Positions 43,898 to 53,077 of a stretch of 64,000 nt of DNA are shown here, in pieces; within the stretch, counting starts at the first letter, position 1, and each line of letters starts with the position of its first letter. The notes under the pieces are model-generated. The model was not told the origin of the DNA. It saw only the letters and a list, made by a program, of their open reading frames with translations, and did not search any database. The DNA is taken from the NCBI GenBank assembly GCA_043801165.1, contig JAZDMG010000028.1:10988-74987 (forward strand). Reading direction: 5' to 3'. The position numbers were made by a program, and so were the translations under genes. Source of the stretch: an archaeon (GTDB taxonomy: Archaea; Nanobdellota; Nanobdellia; Woesearchaeales; SM23-78).

Positions 43898-44078
43898 AAC
43901 TATACAATTTCGATGTACAAAATCTCAGTTCGAGCGCATTCAGAATAAGAAGGAGGCTTTAGGTTATACTAAACTTTCTGATTTTCTTAGGGATTTGACC
44001 CTAAAAGACGAATTAGCATCATATTCTCTCATCAGAGAGATACACCAACGAGTGGTGGGAGGTAACAACAAGGGTTGA
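43884..44078 (+). CDS. Second small RHH-like protein
   Basis: IQFRCTKSQFERIQNKKEALGYTKLSDFLRDL gives an RHH pattern. Confidence 0.4.
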   Translation: MAKSRTIQFRCTKSQFERIQNKKEALGYTKLSDFLRDLTLKDELASYSLIREIHQRVVGGNNKG

Positions 44079-44273
44079 TAAGTTTTGAGAGGGATTGATA
44101 ACGGCCAGGTTTCAATGGGTCGTTATCATCCTTCTTTTATAAATTTTGTACTGAATTTGATTTGAGCCTATTAGGAGGCTATTGAATAATTTGTTGAGTT
44201 TAGGTTTTTCATGAAATCTAAACTAAATCAAACATGACTGTAAGAAACGAATTGAAAATTAGGAGGAGGTATT

Positions 44274-44594
44274 ATGAAGAATAACAGCGATCGAATAGTA
44301 TCAGTAAATCTCAGCCATAAGGCCATGTACGGGTTGATCCATGCAGGCATTATTGATGGCAGGGATAAGAACGTAAGAGAAGGTTCCGATATCAGCTTAT
44401 CAAGGTTTATAAGCGACTTGGTGGAGAGATATGTAACTGATAATGTCAAGGAGGCTCTCATTAATTACTATCAAGTCCGAATTGAGGAAGGGAATAACCG
44501 GCAGGAGGATATTGCCAATCAGAACAGACAATTTGCTGAAAAAATTAAGAAAATCAAAGAGAAATCAAGGGAGGACGATGATGAGCACAGATAA
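44274..44594 (+). CDS. Hypothetical protein on the island
   Basis: A 106-aa ORF with a charged C-terminus. Confidence 0.3.
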   Translation: MKNNSDRIVSVNLSHKAMYGLIHAGIIDGRDKNVREGSDISLSRFISDLVERYVTDNVKEALINYYQVRIEEGNNRQEDIANQNRQFAEKIKKIKEKSREDDDEHR

Positions 44595-45051
44595 ACAAGT
44601 TGAGGCTAATAGGAAGAACGCTCAAAAAAGCACCGGGCCTGAAGATTGCGATAGGTCCAAGTATAACGCAGTCAAATATGGCTTGACATCAATCAGTCAT
44701 TTTTCAAAAGAGGAAGAATCAACCATAAATGACATATACAACGATTTAGGTCAAATACTCACACCTAAAGATAAGCTTCAAGAGTTTCTCTTGGGCAGAA
44801 TGGCGCTGTATATGTGGCGGCTTCAGAAATCATCTCAAATTGAACAAAAACAGTTCAAGAACTCATTAATAGATTCACAGAATAAACAGGGCAATAAAGA
44901 TAAACAATTCATTCAGGAAATTCAAGGGCGTAAACCTAATATAACTGGTGAGAATATAGACACCAATATTGACTTGATTATGAGATATGAATCTACCAAT
45001 GAGAACAGATTGATTAGGCTTGTTAAGTTCTTCAAAGAGCTACAAACATAA
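44443..45051 (+). CDS. Hypothetical protein. The likely start is ATG 44578 (MMSTDKQ)
   Basis: An ORF whose upstream part overlaps the previous gene. Confidence 0.3.
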   Translation: MSRRLSLITIKSELRKGITGRRILPIRTDNLLKKLRKSKRNQGRTMMSTDKQVEANRKNAQKSTGPEDCDRSKYNAVKYGLTSISHFSKEEESTINDIYNDLGQILTPKDKLQEFLLGRMALYMWRLQKSSQIEQKQFKNSLIDSQNKQGNKDKQFIQEIQGRKPNITGENIDTNIDLIMRYESTNENRLIRLVKFFKELQT

Positions 45052-45298
45052 AATTGGCTTCGTTTAGCAAAAAAACCATCAAAAACGGTTAAAGAGAAGA
45101 CCAAATAAGGGCACTTACAAGCAACGTATAAGCTCGAGACAAGCACGAGGATTTCATAAAAAACCTGACAAACTGGACACTTGAAAAGGGGCACCAAAAC
45201 ATAGCTTAGGACAGTGACTGCGTTTCACAAAAACATGCTTGTTTTAATCTACTCACTCAAAATTTTGCATTATTAACGATCAATAGTGCCATTCCGTC

Positions 45299-45592
45299 TT
45301 AGTTCCCTTCTTGTGTTTCTCTTGCTTTCCAGTAGCATTCTTCGTAGTTTGTTGCTTTGTTTTCGAATAAGCATTTTTCTTGTGTTTCTTGGAAGTCTTC
45401 TGCGTTTATTAACTCATCTACACAGTACATTAGCGTAGCGTTGACTTTTGTCAGCTCATCTTTTGTTCTCCTCGTTTCTTTGTCGGTTAATAACACAAAT
45501 CCTACAAGAAGCAAAATCCCTACTGCAAATGCAATACTTAGTGCTTTCCAGTTGATTCCTTTTGCTTTCATCATTATCGACCCCCATACCAT
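45299..45592 (-). CDS. Small membrane protein with one TM
   Basis: The TM reads WKALSIAFAVGILLLVGFVLLT. Confidence 0.3.
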   Translation of the reverse strand: MVWGSIMMKAKGINWKALSIAFAVGILLLVGFVLLTDKETRRTKDELTKVNATLMYCVDELINAEDFQETQEKCLFENKATNYEECYWKARETQEGN

Positions 45593-45628
45593 AGAACTTA
45601 ATCATAGTTTTTAAATTTTCTTATGTTG

Positions 45629-47866
45629 CTACTTAAAGTCTTGCGTGGCGACATAGTAAAGCCCATCATAAGCCACACCCACGCCGATAACATCGTATTG
45701 TGGGTTCAAAATGTTACTTCTGTGCCCGGGGCTATCCATCCAGGAAGAAACTTGGGCGCGAGCTATGCTGTCCGGGTTAGAAGAAACATACCCTATGCCT
45801 TGGACGTTGCCTGTTGGCATTTTTCCTATGTTTTCGGCAACACCGATTGAATAAGATCCTCCTCCCAGAGATTTGTAAGCGTTATAACCGGCCCTGGCGG
45901 CTCTGGCACTCGGATCCTCGCCTTTCAGATTGGTATGTGCAAAGAAGTCATTCTCAACCATGTCCAGGCTGTGTGCTCTGGCTATATCTGCTAATTTATC
46001 ATCCCATGTTAAGGCTCTTAAACCTTGGCTTTTTCTTTCTGCGTTGGTGTATTCAAAAATGGCCTGTTCAACCTCTTTTGTTCTGTTAGAAACAGGCTGC
46101 GGAGGCGCTGTTATCTCTTCAAATGTCGTCTTCACTGCTTCGGAGCCGCTTTTAGCGATCTCAGAAACGTCATCAGCAATTTTAGATCCTTTTTCCTTTA
46201 GCTTCATCTCTTTTATTCCTGTAGAAATAGAATCAAAGAATGATGAAATCCCAATCCAAACCTTATCTAAAGAGAAGTTCCCCTTTTTAGGCTCATCTTT
46301 AAGCACTTCTTCAACAGATTCTTCCTTCGGGATCAATGTTATCTCTCTCGTTACGGTTGTGGTCTGCTTTTCGGCTGGCACAATCTCAGAAACAGTTAAT
46401 TCAACCCCGGGATATTTCCTGCTTAACACGCCAGTTATCTTGTAAACGTCTTTGGTGGTTCCTTTCTTGACGAACAATGCCTTTTGTTCTTGAGTAAGCA
46501 TTCTCAAAGGGATGCTCCTCCCAACATCATCTACTACAGAATCAACATATACGCCTCCTTGTTTAGTTCCTTCGATATCATTTTGGAGATAACCTTTCAA
46601 AATGACCTCTTTCTTATCGTATTCAGCCCAATTTACAAGGTATTCCCTCAAAGAAATCTCAACAGGAACCGCCTCCGTAATGGTTGTTCTTGTAGGCTCT
46701 TGCTTGGTATCGTTAGTTGAAACGGCATCCTGTGTCTTTGGCTGCATTAAAAAGACTATCAGAACGGCAACAGCTATGAGAACTAAAACAATTATAAGCG
46801 AGGTGAGTGCTGCTTTTAGCAGATTCGTATAATTCCGCGATCTTTTCTTAATCGGTTCTGATGCAGTCTGTTCTTGGTTAGCTTGGACTCCTTTTTCTGA
46901 TTCGCATTCGGTCTTCAATTGATATGATTCAGTGATTTTCTCTGGAATACCATAAAGTTTTGAACATCTGTGTTCCTCTGCGCGTTTGTGTTCTTCACAG
47001 AAATGTTCGTGACAATATCGGCATTCATAGGAGTGTTTTTTTAAGTCTTTATTGCAGGAATAGCATTTTTTCAGAATGGCCACGGGTTTCTTATCGTAAG
47101 TTATAAGCTCAGATTTCTTCACCTTGCCTTGCTTGACAGGATTACTCTCTCTTTCAATTGTCGGATACTTTGTAAGATCAATTGTTATTTGACGTTTCGA
47201 ATTATCAAGAATTTTGCCGAGGTTTTTTGAATATCTTTCGCTTTCTTCTTTTTTTTCAATTTGAAGTTTAAGGGCGTACTCTGTACAAGGATGGCCTCCT
47301 TTGTCTTCATCATTCAATCGATCTATTGCAGAAGGGTTATTGAAGTTTCTGAGGTAAGGATGTTTAGCTCTTACATGCTCTTCGCAAAAGAACAACTTGC
47401 AGTAGGGACATTGATGAAGAACTCTCCTTTTACGGCATCGAGCGTCATTACACTTAGAGCGGTCATCTCTATACGGATGTTCTGGCTTGGTTTTCTCTTC
47501 CTTAACATTTCCACCCCCGTGATATACGCCGCCAGGAGGTCTCCATATACGTTGACTTGTTGTTTCCATCTCGTTATAGAACGCAGTTGAATGATTATTT
47601 TCAAAGAGGTGCATGGTCTCATGAATGGCAGTTTCCCTGATCTCTTCGTTGCTTAACCTTTGTAAAATAGCCTTCCTGATACAGATAATGCCTAAATGAA
47701 CATGTATATGAGCTACTTGATCATTGCCGCCAAAAGGACAATCACCATCCCAAAACTCCACACGAGGAGGTTCTAAACCCCTGCTCTTTGAAGCTTCCGC
47801 AACATACTTCAGGAACAAGACTTGTTTATCGCTCATAATACGTCCAATGAATTCCCGACTATCCAT
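45629..47866 (-). CDS. Multidomain membrane protein: N-terminal zincin-like metalloprotease motif (HETMHLFENNH), two AN1-type zinc fingers, one TM helix, an extracellular linker and a C-terminal CAP/SCP (PR-1-like) domain
   Basis: The motif is HExxHx5H. The AN1 pattern Cx2Cx10Cx2Cx4Cx2Hx5HxC occurs twice. The TM reads LIIVLVLIAVAVLIVFLM. The CAP blocks HTN, GENI and GHRSNIL...IGVGVAYDG are present. Confidence 0.5.
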   Translation of the reverse strand: MDSREFIGRIMSDKQVLFLKYVAEASKSRGLEPPRVEFWDGDCPFGGNDQVAHIHVHLGIICIRKAILQRLSNEEIRETAIHETMHLFENNHSTAFYNEMETTSQRIWRPPGGVYHGGGNVKEEKTKPEHPYRDDRSKCNDARCRKRRVLHQCPYCKLFFCEEHVRAKHPYLRNFNNPSAIDRLNDEDKGGHPCTEYALKLQIEKKEESERYSKNLGKILDNSKRQITIDLTKYPTIERESNPVKQGKVKKSELITYDKKPVAILKKCYSCNKDLKKHSYECRYCHEHFCEEHKRAEEHRCSKLYGIPEKITESYQLKTECESEKGVQANQEQTASEPIKKRSRNYTNLLKAALTSLIIVLVLIAVAVLIVFLMQPKTQDAVSTNDTKQEPTRTTITEAVPVEISLREYLVNWAEYDKKEVILKGYLQNDIEGTKQGGVYVDSVVDDVGRSIPLRMLTQEQKALFVKKGTTKDVYKITGVLSRKYPGVELTVSEIVPAEKQTTTVTREITLIPKEESVEEVLKDEPKKGNFSLDKVWIGISSFFDSISTGIKEMKLKEKGSKIADDVSEIAKSGSEAVKTTFEEITAPPQPVSNRTKEVEQAIFEYTNAERKSQGLRALTWDDKLADIARAHSLDMVENDFFAHTNLKGEDPSARAARAGYNAYKSLGGGSYSIGVAENIGKMPTGNVQGIGYVSSNPDSIARAQVSSWMDSPGHRSNILNPQYDVIGVGVAYDGLYYVATQDFK

Positions 47867-47898
47867 CTTAAATCAATCCCTCAAATCAATTACCCGAT

Positions 47899-48210
47899 TC
47901 ATCGCATCTTATAAGGTATCCTCTTCTTCTCCAATAATATTTTCCTTATTTTCTGGCGAATCCAATGACCACGATAAGTCCATGGTTTATATGTAACATG
48001 ACTGGAATCAATAGCAATCCTGACGAGTTCGTTTTTTGTTGGAGCGCGACCATATTTTCGCTCGAATTTGCTGATCAACCTATTGAAGTCCCTGTTAGCT
48101 CTGACAATCATGCTCCGGGGGAGAAGAGGCTTTTTAGGTCTTGGAAATAACAGACTTCTTATCCAAAAAAATATTCCTCTAAGAAAACCTTTTCTACGGT
48201 AGCGTCTCAT
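47899..48210 (-). CDS. Small basic hypothetical protein
   Basis: A 103-aa R/K-rich ORF. Confidence 0.3.
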   Translation of the reverse strand: MRRYRRKGFLRGIFFWIRSLLFPRPKKPLLPRSMIVRANRDFNRLISKFERKYGRAPTKNELVRIAIDSSHVTYKPWTYRGHWIRQKIRKILLEKKRIPYKMR

Positions 48211-48296
48211 GTTTTACTAACAGCACCCCCTAAAAGCGCAGAAGTCTTTTTTAGCTTATAAACATTAGCAAAAAAACTAAGAAAACAAAAAATTCT

Positions 48297-48509
48297 CTAC
48301 GGTTGTTTGGCAGTTTGTATCGCGTATAAAACCAACACCAGAGCTAATGCTCCCCCAAGCTTTTCATAATTAAGATTTATATTAAATACGATAGATATAA
48401 AGATAATAAAGAAAAATATTGAGAGTATCAAAAGAACAGTCTTTATTCTCTTTTTCCTCAACCAGCTCTCATCTCGTTCTATTCCCTTCTTACTTCGGCT
48501 CATAATCAA
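48297..48509 (-). CDS. Small membrane protein
   Basis: 70 aa with one TM. Confidence 0.25.
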   Translation of the reverse strand: MIMSRSKKGIERDESWLRKKRIKTVLLILSIFFFIIFISIVFNINLNYEKLGGALALVLVLYAIQTAKQP

Positions 48510-48585
48510 ATAAGTATATGAGCCTGCTTAATAAAGTTTATTACTGGGAAAAGAATTAAATATTAGCTTAGAGTATCTCAAATAA

Positions 48586-49101
48586 ATGAGCAAAAAAGGC
48601 ATAAGATTCAAAGCTAAATACGAAAACAGAATTGCAGAAGAATGTGAAATTAAAGAAACACGAGATGGTTCTAAAATTATCATTCCAAAGAAGGAAAATA
48701 GTGACGGACTTCATGCATCATTACACCCTTCAGGAATTTTTAATCTTAGCTCTGGCAAAAGTTATGTCTATGATTTTCTTAACAACCCGAAATTAAAAGA
48801 ATTCGTTGAAAAAAGAGTAAACGATCTTGAAAAGATTGATTGTCCTATCTTTGCCATCATTTTAGATTTAAGAGATATTAAAAAATATGCATCTATAAAG
48901 GACAACGAGCACATCGTTGATTTTGATGCCTATTTCATGGAATCAGAACAAGTAGAAATCCAAAATGATGATTTTAGTTTTGTTTTGAAATATAATGAAC
49001 CATTCTATGAAATAATTGTATTTGATGAGGAATTAAATGCATTTTATGCTGCGAAGAACAAACCAGGTTATGGCATGCCTTTAAATCCAAAAAAAGATTA
49101 A
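48586..49101 (+). CDS. Hypothetical protein
   Basis: A 171-aa ORF in an AT-rich segment. Confidence 0.35.
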   Translation: MSKKGIRFKAKYENRIAEECEIKETRDGSKIIIPKKENSDGLHASLHPSGIFNLSSGKSYVYDFLNNPKLKEFVEKRVNDLEKIDCPIFAIILDLRDIKKYASIKDNEHIVDFDAYFMESEQVEIQNDDFSFVLKYNEPFYEIIVFDEELNAFYAAKNKPGYGMPLNPKKD

Positions 49102-49177
49102 CTGTAGCGTGGAGAACCGATTGAATCTAACCAGGCCATGTAATTGAGCTTATCAGTATTACGAGAAACAACGAAGT

Positions 49178-49513
49178 TTATTTAGGCCCTTTCGGTAAGA
49201 AGTATCCAAATAACCAGAGAATCGTTAAGATAGCACCCATAAGGATAAACGGATGCCCGGAGAGTTTTCCAGCGAGCCAAGAAATCCAGTTTATCTCAGT
49301 CGGCACAACGTTATCAACTATGTAACCCGTGGTTCTATCCAGATTCTCATCTGACTTATTAGGATTGCCAAAATCAACACTATTGATAAATATAATGGCT
49401 CCGATGCCAGCTATCACTGCTACAATAGTCAGAAAGATTGTTGGTATATCCTCAATCCAGTCCATAAGATTAGGTGATGGGATATTCATACTTAAAGATA
49501 TCGGGAGCACCAA
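49178..49513 (-). CDS. Small membrane protein with 3 TM segments
   Basis: The hydrophobicity pattern supports this. Confidence 0.3.
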   Translation of the reverse strand: MVLPISLSMNIPSPNLMDWIEDIPTIFLTIVAVIAGIGAIIFINSVDFGNPNKSDENLDRTTGYIVDNVVPTEINWISWLAGKLSGHPFILMGAILTILWLFGYFLPKGPK

Positions 49514-49684
49514 TGATATGAATTGTACCTTAAAACCCTGTCCAACCTACAAACGATAAAGTTTTAAAAGAGTACTATCCTCTTGAGGCTTAGAATACTG
49601 TGTGGAGTTAGCCAAAAGCGCTTATTTCAGCTGATTTAGGCGCTGTAAGGCCGGGATTAGGAAAATACTGTCCACAGTACATTT

Positions 49685-49758
49685 GGGGCTGTAGTGTAGC
49701 TTGGCTATCACTGGCGCTTGGGGTGTGTCCAACCGGAGTTCAAATCTTCGCAGCCCCA
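49685..49758 (+). tRNA. tRNA-Pro (anticodon GGG), tentative
   Basis: The acceptor is GGGGCUG/CAGCCCC plus A. The D-arm is GUGU..UCAC. The anticodon arm is GGCGC-UUGGGGU-GUGUC with two G-U pairs. The variable loop has 4 nt. The T-arm is CGGAG-UUCAAAU-CUUCG. Confidence 0.6.
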
Positions 49759-49926
49759 CTTAATCTTTTTGCCAAGGCAAAAACATTAATGAAAAAACTA
49801 GTGCAGGACTTTCGCCTATCGGCGAAGTCCTGCTCCTCATGTGCTACCGAGCAGCAGACTGCGAGTGTAGTGCCTTTCCCTCAAGGCTTTCATAAAGGCT
49901 TGGTTTACATCTTCGCAGCCCCACTT
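49744..49926. repeat. Direct repeat of the tRNA-Pro 3' end (ATCTTCGCAGCCCCACTT at 49744-49761 and 49909-49926). A 14-bp-stem hairpin (49803-49833) lies between the copies
   Basis: The 18-nt copies are identical. Both are followed by T-runs. Confidence 0.7.
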
Positions 49927-49980
49927 TTTTCTCATTTTGTTCAGATAGATTTAAGAATGATAACTACCTCCCGATAGTGA

Positions 49981-50694
49981 ATGATGATAAGGATGATGAT
50001 TGAATCTGGAAAGAGCAAATACTGCTCGTTGACAGACAAGATATACGAAGCTATGCGAGAGAACAAGCCATACCGGGACCGACAGTTCGAAGAACTGATC
50101 AGCCACCCAATAGGTTACGTCAAGGCAGTATACAATGACCTGAAGACAGACCCTAAAGTAAATAGAGATATCGCGTCAGTATTGGCGGTGCTGCCAATCA
50201 CCACTCCGCTCTATGCAAAGATCGAAACATCATACGGGCACTCATCAGTATTAGTATCTATGAAATCAAGGGCCATATCTGCGGCCATTTTATACGCAAT
50301 GATATCCTTAGGCATGGAAGGAAGAGAGCGGGAGCATAAAAAATACAACATCACAAATGAATCTTCAAAAATTAGGAGAACAGTGGTGGATATAGGTTAT
50401 ATCGTGAAAGTCTTGTTTCCCATAAGGATCGCAACATACATCGTAGCAGGTGAGACCAACCCGAAAAAGATAATTCTGAACTCCCTTATGATAACAGGGA
50501 TCGGGTGCTTAGCAGGGCCGCCCCTATTGCGAGTGATAGATTGTTTCAAGGATCTTGTCGGGGTTGATGATACAGGGACTCTGCCCGCTAGAATAAAACA
50601 AAGATCAAAGCGATTCAAAAGAAACCTGACCCTGGCCTACATGGCAGCAGGACTGGCAGCAACAACCATAGTCTACGCCATGGCAACAAAATAA
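49981..50694 (+). CDS. Hypothetical membrane protein
   Basis: A 237-aa ORF with several hydrophobic segments. Confidence 0.35.
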   Translation: MMIRMMIESGKSKYCSLTDKIYEAMRENKPYRDRQFEELISHPIGYVKAVYNDLKTDPKVNRDIASVLAVLPITTPLYAKIETSYGHSSVLVSMKSRAISAAILYAMISLGMEGREREHKKYNITNESSKIRRTVVDIGYIVKVLFPIRIATYIVAGETNPKKIILNSLMITGIGCLAGPPLLRVIDCFKDLVGVDDTGTLPARIKQRSKRFKRNLTLAYMAAGLAATTIVYAMATK

Positions 50695-50835
50695 AGCCCT
50701 CGCAGGCCTCCAACCTAATATTCTAAGCTTCCAAAGCCAATAGGAGCACCACTGCCAAATAGAAAGGTATTTAAAGAAGGAATCTCATGGAGGTATCTAG
50801 GTTAGTTAAACGTTGGTTAAGGAGGATAGGAGAGC

Positions 50836-52290
50836 ATGGTCAACAATAGGAAATTAGTTCCGTTAATCGCCATCTTAACTATTTTTGTTGTTCTATCAAT
50901 GGCTTCAGTGTCTGCCTTCAGCTATTTCGTCTACGTGACCAACAACACAATCACCAAAGACGAATCAGCCACCTTCAACATTCTGGTCAAAAACACTTTA
51001 GACCAGCAGGATTATTTCACAATAAGCACAAGGGACGTCAACTGGGTGGCGACCACCACTCCTTCATCAAGCAAGATAGGCCCCAATCAAGAGGTGGAGT
51101 TCCTGCTTGAGCTTAAGCCAAAGCAGCATGTAAGTGAAGGAAAGACATACTTTGTCCCCATAAGAATTAAATCTGAGATAACCGGATTCTTCTATGAAGA
51201 ACGCGAGAAGTTCGCGGTCTATGTTGTCTCACCAAACCTCAAATCAGGAATCTACACCCCGACAATCACTCCTTCTGTCGTGATAGCGAAGACAGTAGAC
51301 CCGAGAGAGAAACTATCTGTTAAAGTCAACCTATGGAATAGGAATCCAAGAGAGCTCAAGGGATTGCACATCACGATAAACGGCCAGGAATTCAGCCAGT
51401 CATACACGACTGACCTGCTGCCGCTAGAGGACAAGACCAACGAGATACTATTCGGCGTCAGCCCATTCCTTGCACCAGGCAAGAGAACGCTCGTATTGAC
51501 TGTGCGATTTGAAAATAAGACCATAGCCGAATCAACAACAGAATACGAAATACTAGGCTATGTTGAGATGAAAGAGACCGCAAAAAAAGAGAATTCTATT
51601 TTCAGATCAGTAGAGACCTTTAGCATATATAACAACGGGAACCTCGAGGGTGTCGCTGAGCACAAGATCAGCATGAACCTATTCCAAAGGCTTTTCACCA
51701 AGGTAACACCTGATGCAAGAAAGGAGAAGGGAGACGACGGCAAATCCTACTATGTGGTCAGGGAAAACCTTGCTACACAGAAATACCTAAACATCAAGAT
51801 GGTCACAGACCATAGGCTGTTGGTCACAATAATCCTGCTGATAATCATAAGCACAGCACTCTACTTTGTATTCAGAAGCCCAATAATCGTGGTTAAGAAC
51901 GCAGAGCCCCTGGGAAGGACAACAGACGGCCTAAGCGAGATAAAGGTAAGGCTTTACCTGAAGAACAGGTCAAAGAAGTCTATAAACCACATAAGGATAA
52001 CTGACAGCATACCAAGCATCGTGGACATAGAGAAGAACAAACACATCGGCTCGATGGACCCGGTCAACATAAGCAAAAGCAGGAATGGAACGCTGGTGCG
52101 ATGGGAATTCGACGCACTCGAAGCATATGAGGAGAGGATAATAGCGTATACCATAAAGTCAAAGCTGAAGCTTGTTGGCGGGATAAGATTACCTAGTGCC
52201 AGGGCTAGATTTGACACCAAAAAAGGTAATGAGCGGGTGACCCACTCAAACAACATCAATCTCATACATAATGAACCGCCTGTCGAGTGA
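50836..52290 (+). CDS. Secreted/anchored surface protein (signal peptide, TM near residue 330, DUF11-like C-terminal region)
   Basis: The signal reads LVPLIAILTIFVVLSMASVSA. The TM reads LLVTIILLIIISTALYFVF. Confidence 0.4.
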   Translation: MVNNRKLVPLIAILTIFVVLSMASVSAFSYFVYVTNNTITKDESATFNILVKNTLDQQDYFTISTRDVNWVATTTPSSSKIGPNQEVEFLLELKPKQHVSEGKTYFVPIRIKSEITGFFYEEREKFAVYVVSPNLKSGIYTPTITPSVVIAKTVDPREKLSVKVNLWNRNPRELKGLHITINGQEFSQSYTTDLLPLEDKTNEILFGVSPFLAPGKRTLVLTVRFENKTIAESTTEYEILGYVEMKETAKKENSIFRSVETFSIYNNGNLEGVAEHKISMNLFQRLFTKVTPDARKEKGDDGKSYYVVRENLATQKYLNIKMVTDHRLLVTIILLIIISTALYFVFRSPIIVVKNAEPLGRTTDGLSEIKVRLYLKNRSKKSINHIRITDSIPSIVDIEKNKHIGSMDPVNISKSRNGTLVRWEFDALEAYEERIIAYTIKSKLKLVGGIRLPSARARFDTKKGNERVTHSNNINLIHNEPPVE

Positions 52291-52372
52291 ACATTTCTTT
52301 ATTTTTTTATTAGCCCCTTATTTTAAAACCAAAATTTTATAAACTCCTAACTTTTTCAGCAGAGTAGACCAC

Positions 52373-52495
52373 CCCGCCTAGCTCAACGGCAGAGCGTTCG
52401 GCTGTAGATGTTGCTGGACAGACCCGTAGCGGTCATGGATGAAAAGCAACCAGCCGAGCCCGAAAGGTTCCTGGTTCAAATCCGGGGGCGGGGAT
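52373..52495 (+). tRNA. tRNA-Tyr (anticodon GTA) with a canonical 51-nt intron after position 37
   Basis: The acceptor is CCCCGCC/GGCGGGG plus A. The D-arm is GCUC-AACGGCA-GAGC. The anticodon arm is UUCGG-CUGUAG[intron]C-CCGAA. The T-arm is CCUGG-UUCAAAU-CCGGG. Confidence 0.75.
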
Positions 52496-52524
52496 TCGAA
52501 TTATTTAAGGTATGGAGGAGAAAT

Positions 52525-53058
52525 ATGCCAAAAACAAAGGAAAAAACAACCAAGACAAAGGATTCGAAAGCAGAAGAAAAGGTAAAAAAAGGGGATTCTG
52601 TAAAAGTTCACTATACAGGAACATTTGATGATGGAACAGTCTTTGACAGCTCTGAGAAGAGAGGAGAGCCGCTTGCTTTCCAGGTAGGATCAAAGCAGCT
52701 GATAAAAGGGTTCGATGATGCGATGATCGGGATGAAGAAAGGGGATGAGAAGAAGGTAAAGCTAAACTCCTCTGAGGCCTACGGCGATCCCAATCCTGAG
52801 CTGATAAAGAAGGTCCCGCGTGAGAGGCTTCCGCCAGAACCAGAGCCACAGATAGGCATGATGCTGGTTCTTAGCTCACCGCAAGGAATGCAGCTTCCGG
52901 CCAAGATAATCGCTGTTGATGAGAAAGAGATCACGATTGACCTCAACCATCCGCTGGCAGGAAAGACCTTGAATTTCACCATAAAACTGGTAGAAATAAG
53001 CAAGGATGCTCCGTCCTGCTGCGGACATGATCATGGCGATTGCCACGACTGCCATTAA
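52525..53058 (+). CDS. FKBP-type peptidyl-prolyl isomerase, SlyD-like, with IF domain and C-terminal His/Cys metal-binding tail
   Basis: The FKBP core VKVHYTGTFDDGTVFDSS and LIKGFDDAMIGMKKGD is present. The tail reads CCGHDHGDCHDCH. A GGAGGAG ribosome-binding site is present. The start was taken at ATG 52525. Confidence 0.8.
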   Translation: MPKTKEKTTKTKDSKAEEKVKKGDSVKVHYTGTFDDGTVFDSSEKRGEPLAFQVGSKQLIKGFDDAMIGMKKGDEKKVKLNSSEAYGDPNPELIKKVPRERLPPEPEPQIGMMLVLSSPQGMQLPAKIIAVDEKEITIDLNHPLAGKTLNFTIKLVEISKDAPSCCGHDHGDCHDCH

Positions 53059-53077
53059 GAACAATCTTTTTATTTTT

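Larger units (their letters stand above)
41197..49761. mobile_element. Putative integrated element of about 8.5 kb (provirus or plasmid) inserted at tRNA-Pro. A degenerate copy of the tRNA 5' region (GGGGCTGTAGT + ATCAC, 41197-41212) lies at the left end and the intact tRNA-Pro (49685-49758) at the right end
   Basis: Inside lie a tyrosine integrase, a small upstream gene, a HEPN-like two-gene module, overlapping RHH genes and many ORFs with no recognisable family. The 42.6-45.3 and 47.9-49.6 kb parts are markedly AT-rich. Partial tRNA repeats flank the region. Confidence 0.45.

Noticed and set aside
45814-46832. Plus-strand ORFs (91, 171, 78, 76 aa) inside the zincin-AN1-CAP gene
   Set aside because: They are antisense to a long ORF with multiple recognisable domains and have no motifs.
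52408-52524. 5' extension of the FKBP ORF in the track (MLLDRPVAVMDEK...)
   Set aside because: It overlaps the 3' half of tRNA-Tyr. The internal ATG at 52525 has a GGAGGAG ribosome-binding site and begins the conserved FKBP domain.
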